DNA of 64,000 nucleotides, taken from assembly GCA_944393135.1 (NCBI GenBank), contig CALXZC010000001.1:75748-139747 (forward strand). The letters run 5' to 3'. Position 1 is the stretch's first letter. Every line of letters starts with the position of its first letter. Position numbers and translations under genes: made by a program. Under the pieces are notes generated by a model. That model was not told where the DNA came from, made no database searches, and worked only from the letters and a program-made list of their open reading frames with translations. Below are positions 9,801 to 19,700 of this stretch, one piece after another. Source of the stretch: an uncultured Clostridia bacterium. GTDB lineage: Bacteria > Bacillota > Clostridia > TANB77 > CAG-508.

Positions 9801-10604
9801 CAACTTAATAATGTAGATATTAGTAATTATACACTTTCACAGAAAAACGTTATAGGGCATATAAAACCAGTTCTTATTGAAATATATAAAAATAAAGAAG
9901 ATTTTACAAAAGAAACTTATAATAAATATAGAACTAAATTTAATGCACCTAAATTAGAAACATTAGAAAAGATTTTGGGTAGTTGGGTTGATATATGTAA
10001 TAAATATTGTTTAAGTTACAATCATAAAGTAAAAAGTGTGGAATTTATACATTATAAAGAAGCTATACCTGTTTATGATATAGAAGTAGAAAAATATCAT
10101 AATTTCTATGTAGATGCTGGAGTAATGTTACATAATTGTTATAGATTTGCATATATCGCTACCGAATGGGGATATAAATATGGAAAACCAGAAACAAGAC
10201 CAGCTGATATAAGAAATCCAAATGGATTTGGAGCTCTATGTAAACATTTAACAGCAATGTTAAGTAATAAAAAATGGTTACAACAAGTAACAAGTACAGT
10301 TATGGATTGGTGTGAGAAAAATATAGACAAAATAAATGAATTTTTAAAATTAACAGATGAAGATGAACAATTAACCTTACCAAATGAACTTGCTAGACAA
10401 AATGCAAAATTAAGTTGGCAAAATAGAAGTAAAACTAATATAGGTGATAATAATGAAGAACAAAATGCAGAAGATACTGAAAATGATTTACAAGATGTTG
10501 ATAATAACAACGAAGATACTGATAATTCTAATAGTATTAATAATACTACGAATAGTAATGTAGACGACGAAACAGAGCTTGAAGATATAGATGCCAAAAA
10601 ATAA
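6873..10604 (+). CDS. large multidomain protein (1243 aa incl. intein); N-extein with PARP-like/ADP-ribosyltransferase-like signature (YHGS...GRGIYLT), CNC metal-site-like motif at intein junction; precursor containing HNH intein
   Basis: TTG start with RBS aaggtgg; continuous ORF; extein = 6873-8645 + 10137-10604. Confidence 0.7.
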   Translation: MKFKLQEKANIDWNNYLTRDEVKKFLSKDDKIESAENIIYDTQGNFFNKYWKDFKKQGWKKLELVNDLERFYTNGHLITEGIHLIAYVKDKKSGEYSTIEDRDYNSKKDFEKELKANGYSNISILDNRDMYLIDNTNYTRVSQLKKDLQQLKKDINDTKDKYPALYKSYVKEYDKLKTIYDNVMKISLTEGYVLKGIQDGKSFNISFNDNKEKLQKFMDELQPKHRNIDMFIVEESKKIEALKPIKKGQMKILNIGGEKLQENLKDIVLYHGSLNTNLTYLDIGKSTGNGDQLGRGIYLTTDYEQAQSYAGNNGKVYKVKLDDSLKLFNLNDKLSDSIKQQLIKELENSNNKDIKNYICMFNRKVYDVKDKQEGLKFYQDKQKEWEQLDGKYFGNRPKVVKNGNNLQVIYTDYSDIQSAINNMTGENLIDTLRGDIDPDVFVTIITNSGYDGVITNNNHWYVIYKDINKVHILNENRKFDNKNKLEEVSRNELLVKTKGETITRYNKAAGYKGFSIINIDTSDLLRGNTLTVTCRVGKYNDVLQLEDVLYWIQIVAENKQQNQINTKGITEALSNSIDGMDIKVDCNCGDFCLEENTLIKLLNGQVVTVKQLKELFDKQEELWIYSTDEQGDFRPGKVNNVWISGYVNDMIKVTLDNGKEIITTPEHKYMMRDGSYKEAQDLKEKDSLMPLYFSYTNGYENVKRNSIKYPTRFDSVYKIVADTVLQEQKQLAKDRTGEDIIQIHHKDFNKLNNYPSNLYPMGKMEHWMYHAHLGGKNLEALQEGSRRFWTSDPRRFETREKQKQAARNYQLKMWSSFTPKQRQKYIKKLSYNTDKQKLSQSLQNVWNNYTEEEKQQRLQTNNFVVNNPMLNEQFIKSDKFIERNNNISNSLNSYHSKLTKEQEQKIYGWAKNKHFTKEHRKKQSESMKQFHKQHPEFIQQHYEEMVKGAEKGRQNRRNKKLQNMTEEEKELFLFKEQLNNVDISNYTLSQKNVIGHIKPVLIEIYKNKEDFTKETYNKYRTKFNAPKLETLEKILGSWVDICNKYCLSYNHKVKSVEFIHYKEAIPVYDIEVEKYHNFYVDAGVMLHNCYRFAYIATEWGYKYGKPETRPADIRNPNGFGALCKHLTAMLSNKKWLQQVTSTVMDWCEKNIDKINEFLKLTDEDEQLTLPNELARQNAKLSWQNRSKTNIGDNNEEQNAEDTENDLQDVDNNNEDTDNSNSINNTTNSNVDDETELEDIDAKK
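8646..10136 (+). mobile_element. intein (497 aa) with HNH homing-endonuclease domain
   Basis: Starts Cys (CLEENTLIKLLNG, block A), TPEHKYM (block B), internal HH..N..H (IIQIHHKDFNKLNNYPSNLYPMGKMEHWMYHAHLGG), ends VYDIEVEKYHNFYVDAGVMLHN|C (blocks F/G, +1 Cys). Confidence 0.8.
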
Positions 10605-10627
10605 TTAAAAAATATTTATAAAAATCC

Positions 10628-10656
10628 TTTACAAATTTTTAAAAATATGTTATAAC
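10628..10656 (+). promoter_or_regulatory. sigma70-like promoter family copy (TTTACA-17-TATAAC)
   Basis: aaaatccTTTACAaatttttaaaaatatgtTATAACat. Confidence 0.6.
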
Positions 10657-10688
10657 ATAATTGTAAATTAAATATGGAGGAATTTTAA

Positions 10689-11050
10689 ATGAAAAAGAAT
10701 ATTATAAGTGAAACAATGAAATTGTTAAATGAGGAAACAAGTAGTCAGACAGTTACATTAGGTAATGTAAAAGTAAAGTTTATGGACAGGATGAATTAGA
10801 TTGTTTTAATGCTATAAAAAATAAAATACACGGATTAGAATCAAATGTAACAGCTTTAAATATAGATTTAATGCTAGAGGACAATACATATATAGAGTTT
10901 AAAACAAATGATGGTGCTGGAGAATTTATAGTTATATTTAGTAATGAAAATTTTGGAAAAGTAACAAATGTACAAACAACATTTTCAAATCAAGAAATAA
11001 CACAAGATTTTATAACATTAGCAAATGAATTATATACATTAAAAAATTAA
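10689..11050 (+). pseudogene. frameshifted member of paralog family 1 (MKKNIISETMKLLNE...); -1 frame change near 10781
   Basis: 37-aa ORF ends TAG 10797-99; remaining 89 codons continue in -1 frame with no start. Confidence 0.55.
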
Positions 11051-11094
11051 AAATATAATAAAATGTTATATTATAAATAAGGAGGAGGTAAATT

Positions 11095-11964
11095 ATGAAT
11101 AAAAAGGAAAAATTAGAAGAAGCTACAATAAAAGTATTACAAGGAAAATTAATTGAAAACGAAGATAAAAATTCTATGTTAAAAAGTTTAATAGCAGATA
11201 TAGTTAAAAATAACGATTTTACATTAAACCAAATAAATTTTGTTTTAAGTTGTGATACGACAAGTGGTTGGAGAAAAGAACTTACTACTGAACAAATAAA
11301 ATACATAATAAATAATTATAGTAACTTAATAGGTTCTACAGATAAACAACAAGATAATAATTACGAAGGTAGATTAAATGAATTAATTCGTATTTTAGTT
11401 GTTACTAATGATACTAATTTAACGGATTTCTTATTTAAAAATAATTATTCAGAATCAGACTTATATATACTATTTAGGAATGTGGTATCTGATTTTAAGG
11501 ATAAAAAAATTACTAAAGAACAACTTGATTTTATTATATATTCAAAAATAACAGATGAAGATACTATAGATAGTATAATTAAAGCCTTTAGTGAGGATAA
11601 ATTATCTATAAATCAGATAAAACAAATGATTAAAGACGGTAAAATAGGTTCAAAAAATGATAAAACAAAAACGTCTGGAAATGAACTATTAAATGAATTA
11701 TCTAATCAACTAAATGATGTAATAGACTTAGCATATGGTTGGGAAGTTGATGAGGATAGTATTTCCGGTGTTATAGACGATGATTATACTGTAGACATAT
11801 ATGCAAAAAATAATGGAAATAATATTGTTTTAGAGTATGAAAATAAAGAATATACAGATGTTAATACACTAATAAAAGATGTTATAAAAGATGTGAAAGC
11901 ATATACTCAATCTGTAATAGACGAATATGGTGAATACCCAAATTATTTAAATAATATTAAATAA
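11095..11964 (+). CDS. acidic hypothetical protein, paralog family 2 (N-terminus ..KLEEATIKVLQGKLIE)
   Basis: ORF 289 aa; RBS aaggaggagg; N-terminus shared with ORF 12014. Confidence 0.75.
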   Translation: MNKKEKLEEATIKVLQGKLIENEDKNSMLKSLIADIVKNNDFTLNQINFVLSCDTTSGWRKELTTEQIKYIINNYSNLIGSTDKQQDNNYEGRLNELIRILVVTNDTNLTDFLFKNNYSESDLYILFRNVVSDFKDKKITKEQLDFIIYSKITDEDTIDSIIKAFSEDKLSINQIKQMIKDGKIGSKNDKTKTSGNELLNELSNQLNDVIDLAYGWEVDEDSISGVIDDDYTVDIYAKNNGNNIVLEYENKEYTDVNTLIKDVIKDVKAYTQSVIDEYGEYPNYLNNIK

Positions 11965-12013
11965 TTATTATAATTAGATTTAAAATAAAAAATTAATAAG
12001 GAGTAATCGAAGT

Positions 12014-13255
12014 ATGAATATGAACGATAAATTAACAGAAGCCACTATTAAAGCTTTACAAGGAAAATTAAATTTAACAGAATCGTATGAAGTAACTATT
12101 CAAGAATTAGAAAAGTATATAGACAAACCAACTTCTTACGATGTTGAAGATATAAATAAATATACAACAAAAGGCAATTACCCAACTATAGACCATATAA
12201 TTAAAGTAATGCAAGGTGCTAACGCAGACTGGTTAAATTATACTAATAATGGAAAAGTAGCACATTATTCTATATATCATATTATAGATGTCCTTAGAGC
12301 TTATTCTAAGGGTTACGATGATAAAGGTATACAAGCATTAATGAATTCTTATGGAGTTGAGCATACTGGAGATGTTGGAGAACTTGCTATGAAAGCTTCT
12401 AGATTAAAACTAACAAGTGAACAGATTTCTACAATGGCAAATGAAGATATAGATGATATGTATCAAGAACAAATATTAAATAAAAGAGGTAAAACACAAC
12501 AAACAAATACAAAGAATAAATATACTAATTATTTTAAATCAATAGGATTATCTGATACAGACATACAATATATATTAAATAAATTGCAATCAGAAGACTC
12601 ATATACTGGTAAAGGATACTCAACAACAATTACAAATATGGTTAGGGATAACCTTAATGAGGAAGATGGAAAATTTCTTATACAATTAATAAGAAAATAT
12701 AGACGTGACGACGGTTACAATACAAATAATATGATTGCCTCCTATTATTTAGAAAAAATATTAGCTTCAGGTTTCGGTAGTAAAAACATACCAAATAAAT
12801 TTATTGAAGATATTTATAAAGAACGTGTAAAACCAAAACAAATTGAAGAAATACTATTAGGTATAAAAAATGGTTTAACAACAGAACAAGTATTATCTTA
12901 TATGGACCTAGATTTTAGTCCTCAAAAAATGAGAAAAATAAGACAAGGTTTAGAACAAGGAAAAACAATGGAACAAATATTTGCAAAATCAAAACCAAAA
13001 CAAAAAGAATATTCTGGTTTAACACCAAAACAAATATATGATGACTTATTAAAAGATGAAGGTGAAGATTATTTAAATGATTTAGCTTATGCCTATATGC
13101 AGACTAAAGATTTTGATTATTGGTTAGAGGAAGTAAGTGATTGGTCATTTGAAGAGTATGGTGGATTAATACCAGGAATAATGGAAGAATATAATGTATC
13201 AAGAAGTACAGCTATGGCAGTGGCAAAAAGATTATATAAAGAAGTTTCTGAATAA
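12014..13255 (+). CDS. hypothetical protein, paralog family 2 (..KLTEATIKALQGKLNLTE)
   Basis: ORF 413 aa; RBS taaggag. Confidence 0.75.
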   Translation: MNMNDKLTEATIKALQGKLNLTESYEVTIQELEKYIDKPTSYDVEDINKYTTKGNYPTIDHIIKVMQGANADWLNYTNNGKVAHYSIYHIIDVLRAYSKGYDDKGIQALMNSYGVEHTGDVGELAMKASRLKLTSEQISTMANEDIDDMYQEQILNKRGKTQQTNTKNKYTNYFKSIGLSDTDIQYILNKLQSEDSYTGKGYSTTITNMVRDNLNEEDGKFLIQLIRKYRRDDGYNTNNMIASYYLEKILASGFGSKNIPNKFIEDIYKERVKPKQIEEILLGIKNGLTTEQVLSYMDLDFSPQKMRKIRQGLEQGKTMEQIFAKSKPKQKEYSGLTPKQIYDDLLKDEGEDYLNDLAYAYMQTKDFDYWLEEVSDWSFEEYGGLIPGIMEEYNVSRSTAMAVAKRLYKEVSE

Positions 13256-13287
13256 ATAATTATTAATATAATTAGGAGGTAAAACTT

Positions 13288-13404
13288 ATGATATATAATA
13301 AGGATAAAGAATATACTTTAAAATATGTAACAAGTGAAGGAGAACAAAAAGAATTACAATTATTAAAAGAAGCTAAGAAACAACAAATTAAGAAGGAGTT
13401 TTAA
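13288..13404 (+). CDS. small ORF (38 aa) whose N-terminus (MIYNKDKEYTLKYVT) parallels that of ORF 13979 (MLYNKDTEYNIKYIT)
   Basis: RBS ttaggaggt 9 nt upstream; below track length cutoff. Confidence 0.4.
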   Translation: MIYNKDKEYTLKYVTSEGEQKELQLLKEAKKQQIKKEF

Positions 13405-13406
13405 AA

Positions 13407-13958
13407 ATGAAAAAAGATGTAGTAAGTGAAACAATGAGATTATTAAATGAAAACAATGGAAAATATTATTATGACGTTCATATATCAGAAGATGAAGTAA
13501 CAGGAATGGGATATTCAGTATTTGTAAAATCTGACATACATTTTGACGAAGATCTAGAAGCAGAGGATATAATAGACTTAGCAATACAACAAGGTAAATT
13601 AGATTCAGAAGAAGCACAATATTGTGATTATGTATCAGAAATAGATGAACAAGAATATTTGGACGCAGCACCACACAGTTCATTAACAGAAGATGAACAA
13701 AATACTGATGTATATAATGCATTAAAGGAATTAGAAAAAGAAAATGATTTTAGTTCTGTTTCAAGATATGGTGGTGAAAATATACATATATCTTTATATG
13801 TGGGGGATAGACAAGAAATATATGGCAGTATTGATACAGTAAATAAAACTGCAAAACTAACAGCAGGTTCAGGTCCAAACCCATTAGACCCAGATTTTTT
13901 AGCATTATTAAATAAGTTAGCACAAATATTAAAAGGATATAATATGTTACATTATTAA
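13407..13958 (+). CDS. acidic hypothetical protein, paralog family 1 (MKKDVVSETMRLLNE...)
   Basis: ORF 183 aa; RBS agaaggag. Confidence 0.75.
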   Translation: MKKDVVSETMRLLNENNGKYYYDVHISEDEVTGMGYSVFVKSDIHFDEDLEAEDIIDLAIQQGKLDSEEAQYCDYVSEIDEQEYLDAAPHSSLTEDEQNTDVYNALKELEKENDFSSVSRYGGENIHISLYVGDRQEIYGSIDTVNKTAKLTAGSGPNPLDPDFLALLNKLAQILKGYNMLHY

Positions 13959-13978
13959 TAAAGGGGGTATAATCAATA

Positions 13979-15496
13979 ATGTTATATAATAAAGATACAG
14001 AATACAATATTAAATATATAACAGTAGATGGTGATAAGAAGGAAATAACTTATACACCAGAAAAAGATATGTCAGTACCTGAAATAATTACAATGTTAAA
14101 AAATAAAGATAAAGATTTCTTTAAATTATTAAAAGAAAGTAAGTTTGATAAAGTGTCTAAAAAGATATTTAATAAAGGAAAACAAGATGGTATGACAAAA
14201 GATGATGCTGATGCAATTGCAGCAAGTATAGGAAGAAAAAAGTATGGAAAGGAGAAATTTCAAAAAATGGCACAAAAAGGAAAGAAAACAGAAGCAGATA
14301 ATACTAGTGGAACATTATCAATAGATTTAAATACAGGAGTATTACCTATAGTAGATGTAGATATGTACTCTATGAGTGATATGATAAATGATTTTGATGT
14401 AACACAAAAGGAACTAGATGATATAGTAATGGAGACAGCACCAGAGTATATAGAAGATACATTAAGTGAAATATTATCAGGGGTATCTGTAATTGCAAAA
14501 TCTGTATATCATCCATCACAATATAATTATTCCGGAGATGAATTAGAGTTTACATTAAATTGTGATAAAGGAGGTTATGAATCTCTAAAAGAAAGAACAT
14601 TACAAAATGAATCATTTAGTAAATTCTTAAAAGATAACTATTCTTCACACAGTGGTTTTATATCATCTATGGCAGATAATTTAGATGATTTTGAAACACA
14701 GGAAGAATGGAAACAGGTAGTACAAGTTATAATGTTTAATGTACCACAAAAAACACTAGAATATAATAAAGATGCATATAATGATAAATTTATGGATATA
14801 TTAAGTTCAAATTATCCAATGATAGATGACGAAGATTATGATGACTATGTAAATGAAGATTTAGAAGAAAGTAAAAAAATGATAAAAGAAAATAATGCAA
14901 CTGAAATTGATGAAAATAAAAAAATAGTAGAGGATGATGAGGTAGAAATGATAGATAGTGACAGTAAGGGTGAAGATATGACAGAAACACAAGAAAATAT
15001 GGAACAAGCTGTACAAGAATTAGGGGATATAGATTCTGAGACAGAATTTGGAATAGATACTATTGCAAGTACAATAGATGTATTAATAGCTGATGAACAA
15101 TCTGCAATAGATGGTTATAATTCCTTCTTGGAACAATGTAAAGAAACAATACCGGAAGAATTATATAATACAATAGAAAAAGAATTACAAGAAATAATAC
15201 AAGACGAAGAAGACCATATAAATAAACTAAATACTATTAAAAATGTTCTTCATACAGAAGATGTTCCTTTAGACGAGTCTAAAATATTGGAAAGTGTAAA
15301 AAACATAGAAGATTTAGAAGTTGGGGATGAATTAACAATACCTTATGCTAGAGGTCCTAAATATACAGAGGACAAATCACAATGGGTAAAAGGTAAAGTT
15401 ATAGATATGGGTACTGATTATATAGATTTAGAAGTACCAACAACTTTAACCGTAACAAAAAGACAAGCAGAAGAATGGTTGTCTAAATTACAATAA
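13979..15496 (+). CDS. highly acidic hypothetical protein (505 aa)
   Basis: RBS aaggggg; followed by strong terminator. Confidence 0.75.
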   Translation: MLYNKDTEYNIKYITVDGDKKEITYTPEKDMSVPEIITMLKNKDKDFFKLLKESKFDKVSKKIFNKGKQDGMTKDDADAIAASIGRKKYGKEKFQKMAQKGKKTEADNTSGTLSIDLNTGVLPIVDVDMYSMSDMINDFDVTQKELDDIVMETAPEYIEDTLSEILSGVSVIAKSVYHPSQYNYSGDELEFTLNCDKGGYESLKERTLQNESFSKFLKDNYSSHSGFISSMADNLDDFETQEEWKQVVQVIMFNVPQKTLEYNKDAYNDKFMDILSSNYPMIDDEDYDDYVNEDLEESKKMIKENNATEIDENKKIVEDDEVEMIDSDSKGEDMTETQENMEQAVQELGDIDSETEFGIDTIASTIDVLIADEQSAIDGYNSFLEQCKETIPEELYNTIEKELQEIIQDEEDHINKLNTIKNVLHTEDVPLDESKILESVKNIEDLEVGDELTIPYARGPKYTEDKSQWVKGKVIDMGTDYIDLEVPTTLTVTKRQAEEWLSKLQ

Positions 15497-15542
15497 AGAG
15501 TAGTCTATAAACAGAATTAAATTTAAATTATATTATATTTAT

Positions 15543-15577
15543 GGAATTAGTGTAAAAACTAATTCCTTTTTATTTTT
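15543..15577 (+). terminator. rho-independent terminator
   Basis: ggaattagt-gtaaaa-actaattcc 9-bp stem + tttttattttt. Confidence 0.75.
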
Positions 15578-15586
15578 CTTTAAAAA

Positions 15587-15606
15587 GTAAAATATTATTA
15601 GATATT
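15587..15606 (+). promoter_or_regulatory. late-type motif GTAAAATATTATTAGATATT
   Basis: Directly after terminator, 35 nt upstream of ORF 15630. Confidence 0.45.
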
Positions 15607-15629
15607 AATATAAAGGAGTATTATGAAAT

Positions 15630-15815
15630 ATGTTTTATTTAGTATTAAATGACGGTAGAAAAATAAACATATTATTTATTAGCAAAATATATGTTCAAGA
15701 TACAGATGTTATTTATGAAACGGCAGTAGGAAGTTTAGATGTAACAAAAGAACATTTTGAAACAGAACAAGATGCTAATAACAGATATGAGAATTTAAAA
15801 CAATTATATGTATAA
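15630..15815 (+). CDS. hypothetical small protein (61 aa)
   Basis: RBS aaaggag. Confidence 0.55.
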   Translation: MFYLVLNDGRKINILFISKIYVQDTDVIYETAVGSLDVTKEHFETEQDANNRYENLKQLYV

Positions 15816-15830
15816 GAGGTGAAAAATTAA

Positions 15831-16247
15831 ATGTTTATATTATTAAAATCTGGAACAATGTTAAATACAGTATGGTTACAAGATTATTATCAAGGAAAAC
15901 ACGATAAAACTAAATTAATATATTTAATGGTTAATGGTACAAAAATAGTAGAAGAATATGATAGTGAACAAGAAGTTCAAGATAAAGTACAAGAAATAAC
16001 AGAAAATATAAATTCTGGTTCTACTACACCAAAATTTAATATAAAAGTAGTTGATGAATTACCAACAACTAATATATCGGAGACTACAATATATTTATTA
16101 AGAACAGGTGATGAAGAAGATAATATGTATTCAGAATACATATATGTAAATAATGATTGGGAATTACTTGGTACACAAAAATTAGATTTATCTAATTATT
16201 ATAATAAACAAGAAATAGATACAATGTTACAATGGAAAGAATATTAA
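15831..16247 (+). CDS. hypothetical protein (138 aa)
   Basis: RBS agaggtg. Confidence 0.6.
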   Translation: MFILLKSGTMLNTVWLQDYYQGKHDKTKLIYLMVNGTKIVEEYDSEQEVQDKVQEITENINSGSTTPKFNIKVVDELPTTNISETTIYLLRTGDEEDNMYSEYIYVNNDWELLGTQKLDLSNYYNKQEIDTMLQWKEY

Positions 16248-16265
16248 TATAAAGGGGGTAACAAT

Positions 16266-16781
16266 ATGGATACATTAACATATAGAAAGAAAATACCTAC
16301 AGAAAATATTAATATTGGTGATGTTATAATGCTTGATGTAGAAACTGGCTATATACAAAGAGCTGTACTTGAAAAATTTCCAGAATATAGTATTAATAGT
16401 AGCTTAGTTATTGGTATATGTATAAGTAGTGATAATGAAACACCGCCTACTATAACAATAGATGGAGGCAAATCTAATACTATAGATAGACAGGAACTAA
16501 ATGGAGGAGATTCTACAAGTACACAAACAATAATTATATATGGAGGAGATTCTACACAAAATCCAAGAGAAATAATACAAGTAGCCTACACAGGAGAACA
16601 AATGGTAAATTTATGTAGTTCTGTAAGGATAGGAGATAGATTATGTATTAGTAACCAACCTGGAAAAGCTATGTCAAAAGATTATTTAGGACAAGAATTT
16701 TATAATTTAAGGTCAATAGGAAAAGTTATACGAGTAAATAAACAAACTAAACAAGCAAAAGTATTATTAGATATCGAATAA
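16266..16781 (+). CDS. hypothetical protein, tail-fibre-associated paralog A (pairs with ORF 32646)
   Basis: RBS aaggggg; shared motifs INIGDVI..L and RSIGKVI...LLD[IV]E. Confidence 0.65.
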   Translation: MDTLTYRKKIPTENINIGDVIMLDVETGYIQRAVLEKFPEYSINSSLVIGICISSDNETPPTITIDGGKSNTIDRQELNGGDSTSTQTIIIYGGDSTQNPREIIQVAYTGEQMVNLCSSVRIGDRLCISNQPGKAMSKDYLGQEFYNLRSIGKVIRVNKQTKQAKVLLDIE

Positions 16782-16797
16782 GAGGAGGTTATTAATA

Positions 16798-19700
16798 GTG
16801 GAAGAAAATCAATTATATACAATTATACTACGACACGATACAAGTTCACAATGGATGGTTAATGACCCTATTTTAGCTTTAGGAGAATACGGTGTTGAAG
16901 ATGATACACATAGAGTTAAACGTGGGGATGGACAAACTAAATGGTCAGAATTAACATATGATACATTTGGACTTGAATATATGTTAACATTTGAAAATAT
17001 ACGAGGAGATGTTACAGATAATAAATCATTACAAGAAGCTTTAAACCAAAAATTATCTGTAGATACATTTGAAGATTCTAACAATAGTGTAATTACATCT
17101 ATAACATTAAAAGAAGAAACAGGAAAAATAGGTAGAATAACAAAAGTAAGTAAAAATGTAAAATTTAATAATACTGTAACAAATTATATAGATATTATTT
17201 CAAAAGATAATTCTATTAATGGAATATGGAGTATAGATAATGATGGAGTAAATATATTAAATTTACAAGCTGTTTCTTCTGTAGAAAATTATGCTCCTTA
17301 TAAAGAATACAAAATTAATCAACTATGTTTTTATAATAATGGATTGTATAGATGTATAGAAACACATATAGCAACTCCAGATTTAGATAAAACAAAATGG
17401 ATAACATTATCTTCATTAAATGCTAGTGATATTAATTTTAATCCAGGTTCTACATCTTTAAAATCTAAAACAGTAAAAAATGCTTTACAAGAATTATCAA
17501 ATAAAGTAGATGCAAAAGTAGAACAAACAACACAACCAAATAAAATATATGGAACTAATGGTAAAGGGGAACAAATATTATTAAGTAAAGATGATTTAGG
17601 AAAAGTAGATAGTGTTAATAATATTAATCCAGATGAAAATAAAAATGTAACAATAGAAGCCAAAGATATACAATACGATAGTGAAAATAGTACTTTAAAT
17701 GTAAAACAAGCTATAGATTTAAAAGCAAATAATGTAGATGTAAAAGAACAATTAAATACTAAAATAGATAAAGATATTGGAGACACTGTTGTTACTAATA
17801 TAGAATTATCAACAGACACAGATATACCTGCCTTTCATATTGTAAAAGCTGATACAGATAGTAAAAGTGAAACAGATTTATATTTACATTTAAAATCAGA
17901 AGGAAATATACAAACTTATGTAAAAAATGACGGTATTATAATTGACAGTACAAATATAGATAATAAGTTAAGTGAGATTTCAGGTAATGAAGACGAATTA
18001 CAAGCATCTATACAAGAAATAAATACAAAAGTAGAAACAAATACAAATAGTATAACAACATTACAAGAAAAAACAGATTCATTACAACAAAACATAAACA
18101 CATTAAATACAGATGTGGATAATGTGGAAAAAACGGTGGAAATTTTAAATAACAAATTATTAACAGTAGATTCAACAATAGAAAATATACAAGAGGATAT
18201 TAATACAATAAATGAAACAAATGAACAACAAGATACACAAATTGCTGATAATACACAAAGTATTGAAGATTTAGATACAAAGTTAACAACAGAAGTACAA
18301 AGATTAGATAATAAAAATACAGAACAAGACACACAAATTACAACAATAAATAATACACTAGACGATATTAATAGTGATATTGATAATATAGATGAGAGTA
18401 TTGCCGATTTAAATTCAGATATAGATAGTATAGAACAAGTAAATACAGAACAAGGAAACAAATTAGGATTAATAGATACTAAATTAGTAGATTTAACAAA
18501 TAAAGATACAGATTTACAGGCACAAATAGATAATATTAATGAAGGACAAGGAACACAAGATACAGAAGTTGAAGGTATTAAAAAACAAATAGAAACAATT
18601 AATACACAAATAACAACAATAAATGAAAAAGACACAGAACAAGATAATACAATAGAAGGAATACAAAATGATTTAACACAATATAAATCTGATATGCAAG
18701 AAACAATAGAACAATTACAACAAGAGGATGCTAGTTTACAACAAGAAGATAGAAATATAAATGGACAAATTGAAACTATAAAATTAGATATCACAAATAT
18801 AAGAGATACACAAGATGTATTAAATACTAATATAGAGGCTAATACACAAAGTATAGAAGAATTAGCTGAAAAAGAGGCTAACGATGTAAAAACACTACAA
18901 GCTAAAGATACAGAGTTAGAAACTAAAAATACAGAACAAGATGGTCGATTATCAAGTATTGAAAACGTTAATTCACAACAAAATACAAGATTGGATAGTA
19001 TAGAAAAAACACAAACACAATTAGATACAGATATAAAAGGTGCTTTACAAGAAATACAAGATTTGGATACTAAAGTGGAAGAACAACTTGAAGATATACA
19101 ACAAATTGCAGAAGACCAATCTACTATGATTGAAAGCATTACAAATAGTGTTGATGTAATAAATAATACTATAACAAATATTAAGAATAAAAATACAGAA
19201 CAAGATAAAGCTATAGATAATTTAACAACAAAAGTAAATAGTAATAATGAAATATTAACAGAAGAAATAGATAATATAAATACTTTAAACCAACAACAAG
19301 CACAACAAATATCAGATATAAATAGTTCTATATCAGATATAAATAGTTCTATTATGAACATAAATGATACAGTTGCAGATATAAATGCAAGTAACTCATA
19401 TTTAGATAATAAAGTAACAAGTATGGCAGGTGAATTAACAGCTGCAACTGAAAATAATACAAGACAAGATGGAGAAATAACTACATTACAACAAGATTTA
19501 GAACAACTTGCCGAAAAAGTAAGTGGAGATGAAACAGAAACAGATACAAATATACAAGAAATAAAACAAGATATAGAAGAATTAAATACAAGTTTAGAAC
19601 AAACAAATAGTAATGTAAAAACAAATACACAACATATAGCAACTAACACAAGTGATATAGATAGTTTAAAAGAAAGAATGACAACAGCCGAACACGGTAT

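Noticed and set aside
17916-19649. 577-aa reverse-strand ORF (and other long minus-strand ORFs at 17331-17819, 21540-22238, 27650-28456, 30632-31120, 38021-39187) inside tail-fibre/acidic genes
   Set aside because: Low-complexity Cys/Ser/Phe-rich translations arising from antisense of A-rich repetitive coding sequence. No RBS, they overlap strongly supported + strand genes, and every convincing gene in the window is on + strand.
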